Assembly: GCA_001642005.1 (NCBI GenBank)
Contig: LWCA01000029.1
Location: 9,914 to 73,913 of the forward strand
DNA from: Intoshia linei
Lineage: Eukaryota > Animalia > Orthonectida
Reading direction: 5' to 3'
DNA: 64,000 nt
Part shown: positions 14,301 to 34,184 of the stretch, piece after piece
Position numbering within the stretch: position 1 is the first letter of the stretch
How the letters are laid out: every line of letters starts with the position of its first letter
Made by a program: the position numbers and the translations under genes
The notes under the pieces: generated by a model
Told to the model about the DNA's origin: nothing
The model's input: only the letters and a program-made list of their open reading frames with translations
The model's database searches: none

Positions 14301-15231
14301 TAATTTTAAGATTGATTTGTATCTTAACACATTTTATTGAAATTGTGGTGCAAATTGATTATTGAATAATTTACGATGCATAAACCACCATATGAATATA
14401 AATATTTTGTATTGTGATATTCGGAAATTCTTCAAATTTAGCCTTTTCAAAAATATAGTTAGTGAATATACTATAAAAATGTCAAAGACAGATTGAATGA
14501 GTCCAAGTTGACTATTAAATTTATATTATTGGTTAAACATTTTGTGTAATTCATTTACAAAAAATTTGTTAATGATTATTTTCTAGCTAATCAGTAATAA
14601 AAATAACATCAACTCGAATCAAATTGGTATAGTATTTAAAATAAACGACAATGTAAACCTTCCAACACCTACAGGTAAAAATTATAAAGATTTAATATTT
14701 CAGCTCGATAAAAATTATTGATGTATTTTTATTTAGTTTCATATGCAATTTTTCCCATCCATAGTAACATAAATGTTAGTCTCCAAAAGTTAGAATTTAA
14801 GTTTTTGGGGACTTAAAAAATAGACTTGTAAAAATGCACTAACATATAAAGAAATAATACAATTGTCAGACAGTAATGCAGACTATAATTAAGTCCAATA
14901 TTGTCATCGATTCTGCATATCGTATAATTTTTGTCTATAGAATTTAATCCTTTGTTTATATTTAATTTAAAAATTTTTTCACAGAGGTACAATGTACTTT
15001 GTGAAGAACAGATTAACTGATTTTATAAATATAAAAATAAAATGTTTAGCCGATAGTAATATTGTCCACCAATTTACCCCACCTACTAGAAAAAAACTTA
15101 GAAAATATGCCATGCTAAATTGCAGTAGTTTAAATTGTAATGCAAAAGGTATTCATTCGAATTATTGGACCGATGAAAAGCCATTTTGTAATGTGAAATG
15201 TTATCAAAAATATTTAGGGTATATTTTATAA
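11307..15231 (+). CDS. Unidentified multi-exon gene with C-terminal Cys cluster (zf-HIT/FCS-like); exon chain incomplete
   Basis: Putative ATG-AG|GT at 11307; splice-bounded open exons 12164-12245 (NVSRC...DTWKDFDEI), 14587-14674, 14941-14986 and 15049-15231 (...CSSLNC...KPFCNVKCYQKYLGYIL*). The middle exons could not be joined in frame. Confidence 0.4.
11392..11960 (-). mobile_element. Helitron family copy, degenerate
   Basis: A|CTAGCTTGGATGTTGTACTTCGTATAAACAGCACCTGGG terminal hairpin; microsatellite remnant AGACAGACACGC at ~11861. Confidence 0.65.
12649..12671. repeat. (TA)n microsatellite
   Basis: Run TATATATATATATATATATAT visible directly. Confidence 0.95.
13250..13880 (+). mobile_element. 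P-element/THAP9-like transposase C-terminal remnant
   Basis: IILFVSGYITFKK...EFLDFVSR*KLKIPNFELYLFSQSCYKF resembles the YIAGY...SRGKLxxP motifs of P-like transposases; contains stops. Confidence 0.5.
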
Positions 15232-15724
15232 ATTGTAGTTAATTATTTATTCATGCCTTGAAATTAAATTAGAATTTTTGGTTGATTTCCTAATGATTTA
15301 TTTTATTTTTGTATATATCAACCTGAATCTAATTAAAATTATTTAGATATTTGTATGAAATTAATATCACCGAAAATTGTTTCAATACATTTTAATTCAT
15401 TTTTAATTCATACATTTTGTTAGAAATTTTTATTATTAAACATCTATACTGTTCAAGAATTTGTAATATTTGTTCAATCTCTGGAAATTATTTTTCTGGA
15501 ATGGAAGAATGGACAGAATAGTAATTTATTTTTAATATTGTTGCTCGTGAAATTATCCGTGCTAGTATTTTATAGTGTGGCCCGATACTATACCATGACC
15601 CATAAAACCTGATTTGGCAATGCAACTTGGAACTTAAAACAGATTACATTACCGTCTTAAATGTAATGGAAATTAAAAAGTAATTGATTTGATTAAAAAT
15701 TTAATATTATTAATTCATTCCTAA

Positions 15725-18700
15725 CTACTGATAGTATTTAGAATCTTTATTTCTAAAATTTCTTTTATATTCATCTCTATTATACGTGTACTGATTAGGA
15801 AATTGAGATTCTTCATTAGGTGTAATTTGTTGATTTTTATCATACATATTTGAGGCTGGATTGTAATTATATTGGTTACGATGAGGATTCATTGCATTAA
15901 TTGAAGGATTAAATTCACGTTGTCCCATTAATCTTGAATTTGGTTGTCTATTTTCATATTCAATACGTTTACGTTCAAAATATTCAGTTTGAGAAGGAGT
16001 TTGCCGTATTGGATAATCATGGGTAATTTGATTTGGAATTTCGTTAAAGTGTTCAGGTGGCATTGCATATTCCTTCATAAATTGATGAGTTTTATCATGT
16101 GGATTAAATGGTTGTTTACTAAAACTGCGAGGTTTATAAGAATTTTCATGAGTATAAGGCAAAGTTTCGGGTTCTCTATGGAAGTCTCCAAACGTATCGG
16201 TTTTTGTTTGATATGCGTACTTTTGAAATTCTGTAGGTTTGTCGAAATTTGGATAAGCTTGTTTCTTATAATTATGATAAGGATTACTGTGATGGCTGGG
16301 ACGATTTGTATGATCTGAAAAATGGGAAGGTTTTCCGGCAAGTCGATTTTTATAATTTTTTACAAATTGAATCTGATCATATTGATTAAATTCCGATTTT
16401 TGATAAGGTGATCCATAAGTAATTTTTTCCAATTCATATTCAGGTTTAGCCTTTGCCATACTGGATGGATAGCCCTTCTGATATTCCACTTCAGAATTAT
16501 TAGTACGATTATACCAATTTTTAGAGTTTAATTTTTCATAATCTTGGCGATCAACATAATCGTTTTCCGTATTTTTATCCAATAAATATTGGATAGACGT
16601 TTCCTGGCGAACATTGGGAGTGACTGGTTCTTGAATTACACTTTTCTGGGTTTCCTGAACTTCAGATGTATCTATTGTACTCGAAACATTGACGACTTCA
16701 TTTTGATCTTCTGTAAATATTATTGGCGGCTTTAAACATTCCAATTGATTAATTTCGGTAGCATGCATATGGTTTTTTTGTTTACATCTCTGTAATTTAT
16801 ACATATCGGTTTTTTTATCTACTGCAGTATACAATAACCAACCCGGCTGAATCACTGCACTCATAAAACCTTCAATTAATTCCCATTCAGATATTTTAAC
16901 TTTATCTACATATTCTGCGCTAGTACAATAAGCAGGTTGATACAAATTATCATCCGAATTTAATTTATTCAAAACTTCGATATTTGAATTATCCGAAACA
17001 TATTTAGAGATTAAGAGTACATTTTGATGCTTAGGTATCGGCAGTAATTGGCTAAGTTCTTTAAATCTTTCTTTTGTATCACAAACCTCTTTTCGAATTT
17101 TTTTTACAATATTTAAAAATAATCTCTTATCATCTGGTCTTTCGGATACATCCGATGTCACAATAGCTCCGTTTATTAAACACATAGTCATATCTAATAC
17201 AGTATTGTATAATTGTCGATTTACATGCGGATTAACTATTTGATAGTAAATTAGTTGCGTCAAAAGTAAACACCATTCAGAACTTTGGGTTCTTTGAATG
17301 GTGTCAAACATTGAACCAACCAAACTTAATCGAAGGTGAAGAGCGTCTTGTAAATACAATTTCAATCTACCGTCGTCAGGTACGCCTCTTTCTTCCTTTT
17401 CTTTTATTGAAGCAATAAGTTTGGAAATTTGCATTCGAAGAGAATCCAATAGACCTTCGCGTTGATGATCTTGACCGTGAAGACACGTTAAAATTAAAGA
17501 AAGGAATGGTTTCATGTTATCGGCTGATACACTATCGAAATTTAATCTAGCATGGCATTTTGTTACTGTCGACCAAACATTGTGATCTGCCTCCAGCACC
17601 TAAGTTAATTATAATTATAAATAAATCAAATTTAAAATATAATATTAAACATAAAACTTGAAATGGAATACGTTATTAGATATGGCAGTATCATAATAAT
17701 ACACCTCTAAAGTCAAAGTTCGATATATTAGTTATAGGTTATTATTTAATGCTCAGACTAATTTAATATTTATAACGCATAATTTAATTAATTTAACATT
17801 ATTTAATAAATACTGTGGTCGTCTAATTTAATGTTTAAGCGTGTAATATAATTATTGTACCATCTAACTTAATATTCGAACCGTTTGAATCAATTTATAA
17901 ATTTCTGTGGATCACCACAAATCAACATTTCTCATAAGCCGTTTTTTATGTATTAGAATTTTTAAATAAATTTTATACATATAAGAAATTGTTTAAATTG
18001 TGTCCCTTTTGGGGTAAAAATGACATGTGTAAACATTCTATCGATATAGCAATACCATTAATAATTGATGGGCGTATTGTACCTCGATAGTCGAAAGCTC
18101 TCCTATTGAATGTTAAAAGAAAGAGAGGACGACCAGCTCAGGCTAATCCAGCTTTGCTTAGGCAGTGTTAAATTAACGGTTAATTCAATAAATTAAAAGT
18201 TATTTTTATAAAAAATAATGCTGTTTAATAAATTCTACTTCTATTAATTTAGACTTTAACATTATAATTATAACATTTAACATTATAACACATAATAACT
18301 GGTAAAATTAGACGCTGTAACTATTAAATTATATGTTGCAATAATAATAACTCTTAGTTATGTACTACGTATAAACTGAAACTCATTTGCAAAGGGCGAA
18401 TTATAGTTTAGGGGCGATTTTAATATTTTATTAAAATTCACTATTTAAAACCTGTGATATTAAACTCGTAAAAATATAAATACAATAAATTTTAAATTAA
18501 ATTGAATTTTAAAATCCATGGTTATAAAAAAAATGAATGGATGTTAATTATAAATCACAATAAAATTTTCAGTTATATTTTGTAACAGATACTCCACATA
18601 TAAACTTTAACTTAATTTTCAATTCAATAATAATAATTTGTGGTTATAAAAATGCAGAGACGAACCTACCATGCTCGAGACACCATATTTCGCCAACTTT

Positions 18701-21700
18701 AAACGCCAACCAAAACGCGTATATATCTAGTTACTATTTATATTTTCTTTCCTCTAGTATAATTTTCCTCTTAGTTTTAGCTAGTTACAATACTAACTAT
18801 CTAGTAGTTGTAAGTTACAACTACTTTCAGGCCTCTCAATACCGCCATTATATTTCAATTTTATAACAAACTTATAAGAAAATTTCTCACTACCGCCAGA
18901 TTCTCCAAAACTACAAACTGTTATTATAGAAATTATTAATCTAATTTTTTTTATCGCTTACAAAATGAGTTAAATCATGGATAAATCAAGTTCATTTTAT
19001 CATTATTTTAGTGTCTAAATGCTATATTAATACATACTAATCATATCCATGATCCATTCTCTACAACCATATACTCTCAATACTGCCATTTATATCGAAA
19101 TTCTAAAATGATGGTATTGAGAGGCCTGACTGTAGTTATATCAAAAAATATGATTTTTTACATGGTACATTTAGAAAAATGAGGCCTCATCATACAATAA
19201 TTTTGTCGAGACCCCGAGGAAGATCGCGGATACGGTATGTTCGGCTCTGCGCAGATGCACACATACATTTAAGCGTACACAATCGCAAATTAATAATCTA
19301 AAATTTTGATATTTCAGCTAATCGTACCAATTAATATAAATTTGATACCTGTCCACTAATTTTCAATATGACTGCTTGAACTTCACTAGGCAATCTATAA
19401 ATAAGAGAAGCGCAATACCAACAACCATACTCATAGCCTCTAAACATGTTTTTTGATTCAGAACAAGTAGTAGCGCTACTCATATTAACATTTTCATGAT
19501 TAAAAGAATCATCATAATTTTCGTCAGATTGTAAGTCCTTGGCAGATTTAAACAAATTCATTGTACAAGCCGCAATTTCTTGATAAACATCTTGAAGAAT
19601 AGATCTATCACACTGCTTAATAATTAACTCAACTTGTAAAATACGTTCTCGTATAGTCCAAACATCAATGTTTTCCAATAGATTTTGAATAATTTTTTTA
19701 TAACAATTCAAATTGAGAGAATCTTGGCTATCGAAATTAAAGTTGTTATTTTGTTTAAAAATTAGAGATGAATTTGTACAATCAACTCTAAAAGAGTCTG
19801 TGGTAATTGCTCCTAAAATTTTTAAAGATAAGGGTTTTTTGAGAGCATCATCTAAAAGAACATCGGGATGGAGTAATTTTTCAGAAGATTCCAATAAAAT
19901 ATTGACACACCAATGTATATTGTATATCCGTGCTAGAGACAAATGGCACAATTCATATATACAAATTTGTGCATCATTAGAATACAATAGATTGAAATGT
20001 GAAAATAAATTGTGCACTCCATTTACATTAACTTGGAAAGTCTTTTGACTCTTGGACGAAACAATTTTATATGACTTTATCAACGCCAAAACAGCGCACG
20101 CAGAAACTTTTTTACAGCCATTTGAAATTAGACGAAACTCATCCAAATAATATTTCAAACAATTGGAAATTAATCCAGTATTTTTGATTGAGAAGGATAA
20201 TTCAATAATGGGTGTATCGGAAATTGTCAAAAAAGTAGTAAAAACATGATAACACAATCGCATACATTTCAATACATTATTTTCTGGTTGGTTATCTGCT
20301 TGATTTATTTTGGAGTATACGATAGGTAAAAATACATGGAATATTAAATCTTGCATACTAAAAATATTATGGCCCAACAATATTCCCGTAAAAACAATGA
20401 TAATTTCTCCGGTAATTTTCCTACCTTGTTCAATATTTTCGATTGATTGTTTAAAATCAGACTTTACATCCAAACAAAAAATGGATTTGAAAGCATTGAG
20501 CCAATCCAATGCAAATTTTGGACACTTTACGCTAATGTCGGCGCAATAAACTGAAGCTTTAATAATTTCATGAAATGACAATTTTGGATTCATTATATAT
20601 TTCAATGCGACAAAAATGAATAGTTTACGATATAAATTATTTTTTAACTTTTTTGATAATCCAGAAATATTACCGTGGAATAAAATTTTTTTAAAAATTT
20701 CGATTGTATCTGCATTTCGTGAAACAAATTTTTCAAAATTATTATTATTATCACTGTTTTGGCTATCATAATCGATTATAGTTGTAGAAATTTTTGATAG
20801 TTTTGTATCAATTGAGTTTAAAGTGCTATTGCTTTTTACATCAAAATTTTCTTCAATTATATTACAAATATTACGAAATTCTATAGCAAATTTATAGCAT
20901 GTGAACAATTTTGAACTAAATCCAATATCTTTATACATGTTTAAGCAGATTTTTAAATAGTTTGCATAAAATGATATCAATTCCTTTTCCGGAAAAAGTA
21001 AAAAAGATTCGATGTGTTGGTTCAAAACAGATGTGCAACATATTAAGGTGTTCAAAATGTAGGGTTGAAATTTTTTCAGCTTTTCAAATAATTTTTCTAT
21101 TGCATCAATTACCTAAATTAAAAAAATATAGGTTGATAATAATTTAAGTTATTTTTTAATGGAAATGCGTAGATTTCTAAGATTGAAATTTTGTATTTAT
21201 ACCAACTGTAATAAGCTGTATCAGAATTTATTTTTTTTAAATTCAGGGACCATTAATATAAATTTTTTTTTAATAAAATAGTTACCAAATAAAAAAATAA
21301 ATACCAAAATGCTTTTTGACCGTGATAAAAAAAAATTTTTATATGGTAACTCGAAATTACTGTATGAACAATATTATTTTTTTTAAAATTCTAGGACTAT
21401 TTTAAATTTGATAAAAATTAGTTAAGGGTTATAATTGTGAAAATTCACTTTTTTGTCCATACGATTTATGATAATTAGCATTATCAAATGAAAAATTCTA
21501 GGAGTTTTATTATTTTTTTAAAAAAAGGGTAATTTGGGAAATTTACCATAAAGATTTATGAAGTTTCTAAAGTTGAAATTGACCACACTGTTAATGATTT
21601 TAAATCGTGTCCAAGAAAATATGTTTTTTTAAAATTTAGGGCTGATTTTATTTAAAAAAATAAAAGAGGCATTGGCTTTTGTCCATCTGAAGATTGCATT

Positions 21701-24700
21701 TAAAACTTGTTTTCTGAAATAAAAATGACTGGACAAATAATCAATATTCCGATCCGTAAATTTCCGTACTAAAATCTAACCAAAACCTACTCCCATATAT
21801 TTAACCCTACTCTTAAATATCTAAAATACTTTTATTGGCTTAGATCAGTAGTTCCCGATTCAAATAGTGTACGGACCCATTTCAAAATATTTATTTTTTC
21901 TGACCCAAAAGGTAACATGAAATATATAAAATTTATAAAAAAATTAAAGGCTTTATCATAAAATTTGGTAAAAACGTTATTTTCAAAAAAATACTGGAAA
22001 AGGGGATTTTTCCATTAAGGGTTGGTAAAACTGTATTTTTTATTTTGGGTTTTGGATTAGGAACTTGTTTCTCATAAGATTTTATAAAATCGTTTTTTTT
22101 TTCAAAAAAATACTGGAAAAAGAGGTTTTTCCGTTAAGGGTTTAAAATGTTATTTTTTAATATATTTTTTTAATGGTGGGATAAAATTGGGATTTTTAAA
22201 ATAATAATGAACCGGTCGCCTAGGCTTTGGGATAAATTTCCAACATGTGACATTCTAATAAATATTAAAAATTCTCCCATAAAAATAAAAAAAGTTGGTA
22301 TAAATTTTATTATATTTTATTTAAATCTCACGGACGAATCTCTCAACGGAAATTAACTATCAGACTAATATTTTATTAAAATTCTAGGCCTCTAAATTAA
22401 ATAAAAAAATGGGAGTAATTAGGGGGTTTGAGCTTGAAGATGCATATTTCAAATAATAAAATTAATCATATTGTATTAGAATTACAATAGCTATAAACAA
22501 ATGTAGATATGACCGTCAAGTGGCTAGGAGTCATATTGCCGGGGCCTAACATCATGAGGGGTCTAATATTTTAATTTATTAATATGTAATATTTTTTAAG
22601 AATGCCAAAATAATGATGACCGATGATGTTTAAAATGTTATTTTCAATTTTTAGACTATAATCGATCGATTAAACAATGTATAGACGTCCCAATATTAAA
22701 AAAAATTATAGGAGCCCTACAAACTTCCATCTGGCCTGGGGCTACTGCTGGCTCTCCACGGTCCTGTATGCATATAAACTGGTACAATAATATTAATTAT
22801 AATTATAGAAAAATTATCTTATATTGTGATAAATACAACTAATAAATAGAGATTCTTAATCAATAACATCATAATATAAAGTGCTTCACGTCAAATTACA
22901 AAAAAAATTAAAAATACACATGTCTAAATCAACACCACAATAAATTAAATTAAAAACCTTCAAACACAACTGCAAAACCTTAAAAATTTGATGACAAACA
23001 ATTCCAATTTCAAAAACAAAAGACATAGTAAAAACAAAAGGTAATTGATTCAATTGATTTTGATTAAATTCAAACATCTTCAAAATAATCCCCATCGCAA
23101 AATCAAAAAGTCGAGACTTATCAAATGGAGAAAAAAGTTTAACCTTATTCACAAACCCTCTTTTGACATTAATTTCAAACAAGAATAATTTTTCAAGAAA
23201 TTTATAAGAATCCAAATGCTCGACAGTATTTTCATTCAATTTGAAAGTTTGATTGATAAACACTTTAAAAACCATAAAACATTTTTGAACAGTATTCTTA
23301 TAATCATCAAAACAAATGGGATTGTCCGAACAAATTAGTTCAAACAAAACCCTCCTCTCGTGTAAAATTTTTTCATTTTCAACAGGAATATTGAGAACAT
23401 ATAAAGCATGCCTTGCAACAGAAAAAAAACTTTCATTTTCATGTTTACAATAAAAACAATCTGAACTTGAAACGTTGAGTAATGGTAAATGGTTTTTATT
23501 TCTATAACACGGTGTACCACGGAGTATTAAAGCTTGGATAAATTCTTGAAAATTAAACAAATCGTTTCGATAAAAAAATGAGTACAAATTACAAATATTA
23601 TTAAATTCTGGTGCGTCATGATTTATACAGTAAATACAACCAGACATGTGAAGTTCAGTTTCAAAAAAAAGTCTCAGTTGGATTTTGACAAATTTTCGTT
23701 TTTCAATTTCGATTGATTCGGCCTTTGATGACACAAACTGATTAATTAGTATCGCAACAAAATATTGACGATGCTCGCCATATCGTAAGGTACTTATGGC
23801 CCAATGACACAGAGTTTTAATTATTATTGCGTTTAAATGATTTTTATTTTCGGGGGTACATTTCTTATCGAAAATTAAATCACAAATTTTTTTGATGCTT
23901 GATTTGTTTGTGTAGCTTTTAAAATGATGGTTATCGAGAATTTCAATGGTTGACAGTAAACGTGAACACAAGAGACCCGTAATTGATTGACGGTATTGTT
24001 CTGAAGACCAGGCCATCTCTACCGCTTTACTGCGTTCCATAATTTCATCGAGGCTGTCTTTAATTTCAAAAAATGAATAATATCTGGCATGTTTATTATA
24101 ACTCCGTGAATAAGGAAGGTGTAATGGGGATAAAACCAAAAAATCTAACGGTGATCCAGCTAAATCAGATGCCTCGTGCCATCCACCAATGTTGCAATAT
24201 ATTAGGGCTAAAGGGCATTGTAAAATTGAAATTTGGATTTGGCTGGTGAGCATAGATATCAGGTTTCTCATTTCAAGTCCAATTTCAATGATTTTTGATA
24301 TCAATTTTTTGTTGGATGCGACGGAATTTTCGCTGTCTCGCAAGAATTCCATTTCTGAAGGGTTCAAGTTGTTTTTAGCTTCTTCCATGATTCTTTTCAT
24401 TAAATAACAACAAACACTAGTCTGACGTCTGCATAGCCACTCACAAAGTGTAAATTCCTGAGCATACCGACTTGACACAATAAAAATTAAATGAATTAAT
24501 GAATAATGTGCAAAAACATAGGTTTCTATAAAAACAACCAGCCAATTGAGTAGCTCGTATCGGTCTAATAGCTTGTCCGTGTACATGTGATGTAAAAATT
24601 GTGTCAAATACTCCCATCTGTTTAAATAAATGGCCAATTCTCGTTTTTGCTTATTATTAGAATTTTTCAACTCGTCTAAACTTTTAGTCAACAGTATGGC

Positions 24701-25366
24701 ATTATCGTGAGTGTGTTCGTCAATTCTACGAAGAGTTTCATTCAAATACTTCATTAAACTAACCGTCCAATCTAGAGATTTATCCGAAATTCCAGTTCTT
24801 TTTTTATTTTTCGTTTCCGCTAATAAACTATTGTAAGCTGCAACCATTTTAACGTACCAAGCAGCTTCTATTTTGGGGACATTATAATTGACTAAAATCC
24901 CAAAAACATCATCTTTTTTAGCAAAAATAGGGACTTTTTTGCTACATTTTTTAAATTTATCTATCGTAACTTTATCACACAACATTTTAAACCACGCATC
25001 CGTTTCATTCATATTTTTGTTATTGGCCAGCAAAAAATTGTCTTTAATACTCATACACTTTTTTAACCCATTTGTAATTTTATTTGAACCGGAATCTAAA
25101 ACTGGTTCCGGTTTACATCTCTTTTTAATTATAGTATTGAAAGAATTTACCAATTTTTTCAAATCAGCAAAATATAACATTGCATTGCCGCATTCATCTA
25201 ATATTGGAGGTAGATTTACAAATCCATATCTAATCAAATCTTTATCCAAGCTGTTTTCACTACACGTTTTTTCATTGGCATGCACATCAATCACAATGTT
25301 TTTTGATTTTTCTTTGCTTTTATTTTTGAATAATATTTCTCCATCTATAAATTTTGCATATTCCAT
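15725..25366 (-). CDS. MED12: Mediator complex subunit 12, 3 exons (25366-22958, 21112-19349, 17599-15725), ~2015 aa
   Basis: KKVPIFAKKDDVFGILVNYNVPKIEAAWYVKM, LAGSPLDFL...PLHLP, LCHWAIS...R.GEHR, PFLSLILTCLHGQDHQREGLLDSL and ALHLRLSLVGSMFDTIQR match MED12. Phase-0 GT-AG junctions join the three long ORFs. Confidence 0.95.
18828..19128. mobile_element. MITE in MED12 intron
   Basis: Perfect 16-bp inverted repeats CAGGCCTCTCAATACC / GGTATTGAGAGGCCTG; no clear TSD. Confidence 0.65.
22505..22766. mobile_element. GC-rich MITE family (related copies ~27060-27303 and ~45215-45340)
   Basis: Shared motifs ...ATCATGAGGG..., TTCCATCTGGCCTGGGGCTACTGCTGGCTCTCCACGGTCCTG; CAGGG..G-type ends. Confidence 0.6.
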
Positions 25367-25880
25367 TTTATGATTTTAGTTGAATAATTCAATTAAATGT
25401 AATTATTTTATTATTTCATCTAATTAAAATGCATCAAAAATTGTTAAATATACGATTTATAATCTTAATGTTCTATTGCGTTAATGAATAAATAAATAAA
25501 TGTGCAACGTAAATTTAAGCAACCAGGACATTACATTTATCACTTGTATTTGATACTTTTTAATTTTTAAGATAAATTCCAAGTTTTTGTTTTCAAATTT
25601 TTTTATGTTTTATCTTTTTATAAATTATTTACCATTAATATTTTTATATACACTTTTATACATTGTTTGAGATAAATTACAATAATTGCTATATTAAATG
25701 GATTCATAGATAAGGGTGTATATTTAAAAGCGATAATAAAGTATTTCTATTAGATAAACAATAAATGGAATTTTCAAATTAAATGTTGCTAAATATCTTT
25801 TGAATTGGTTCAATTCATCAATTGAGTAGAGAATATATAGAACCATTTTCATAATAATGATGTGGAATAATATTCAAGTC
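25367..25880. promoter_or_regulatory. Probable bidirectional promoter between MED12 and NDUFS2
   Basis: The divergent start codons are separated by only 514 bp. Confidence 0.55.
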
Positions 25881-33664
<7,784 letters not shown>

Positions 33665-34184
33665 TTTTAATATATTAAATGTTATGTTATTAAACATTTT
33701 AATTATCATAAATTGTTCTAAATTGGTAAATCTTGGAAATGTAGTGTTTGTGTTTTGATTTTTAAAAATAGTACAGATAGAACAATATAAATCGAGCCGT
33801 CTAGTTGATTTAAAAATTATTGATCATTTTTAAAATAATCGATATAAATTTGTGTATCATCGTTAAATTCACTAAAATTTCTGTGGATACTAGCTCTGAT
33901 ACACAGACTACTTTTAACGGATATTGATCCCAGACTCATTTAATATCGACTTGTTTTCCTGTTTTTATATTTCTATTAATTTTGTTTAAAACTCAGGTAC
34001 TAGAGTATATTATAAAATTATAGGGTAAAGCCCTAGAGTTAATAGACTGGTTCAGCCGTTTTGACATGCATGTACAACTGTATCGATTGTTATATCAATA
34101 CATGCTATTTTCCAAGTTACTGTAATAACAAAGTATTGCTTCAAAGTTTTAAATCAATTCAATTATTCCTTCTAATTGATTCTT

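Noticed and set aside
18065-18137. Short resemblances to bacterial rRNA (GAGAGGACGACCAGC; ACCTCGAT.GTCG)
   Set aside because: The matches are 15 nt or shorter, correspond to different rRNAs, and the flanks do not continue; likely chance.
19225-19280. Similarity to U6 snRNA (CTGCGCAGATG..ACAC..AAGCGT)
   Set aside because: It lacks the invariant ACAGAGA box and AGC spacing, and the upstream part is shared with a repeat at ~46095.
15944-25373. Short antisense or alternative-frame ORFs over MED12 (e.g. 15944-16318, 19713-20048, 24888-25373), and similar ORFs over other genes and TEs
   Set aside because: These are shadow ORFs of real coding sequence with no recognisable motifs.
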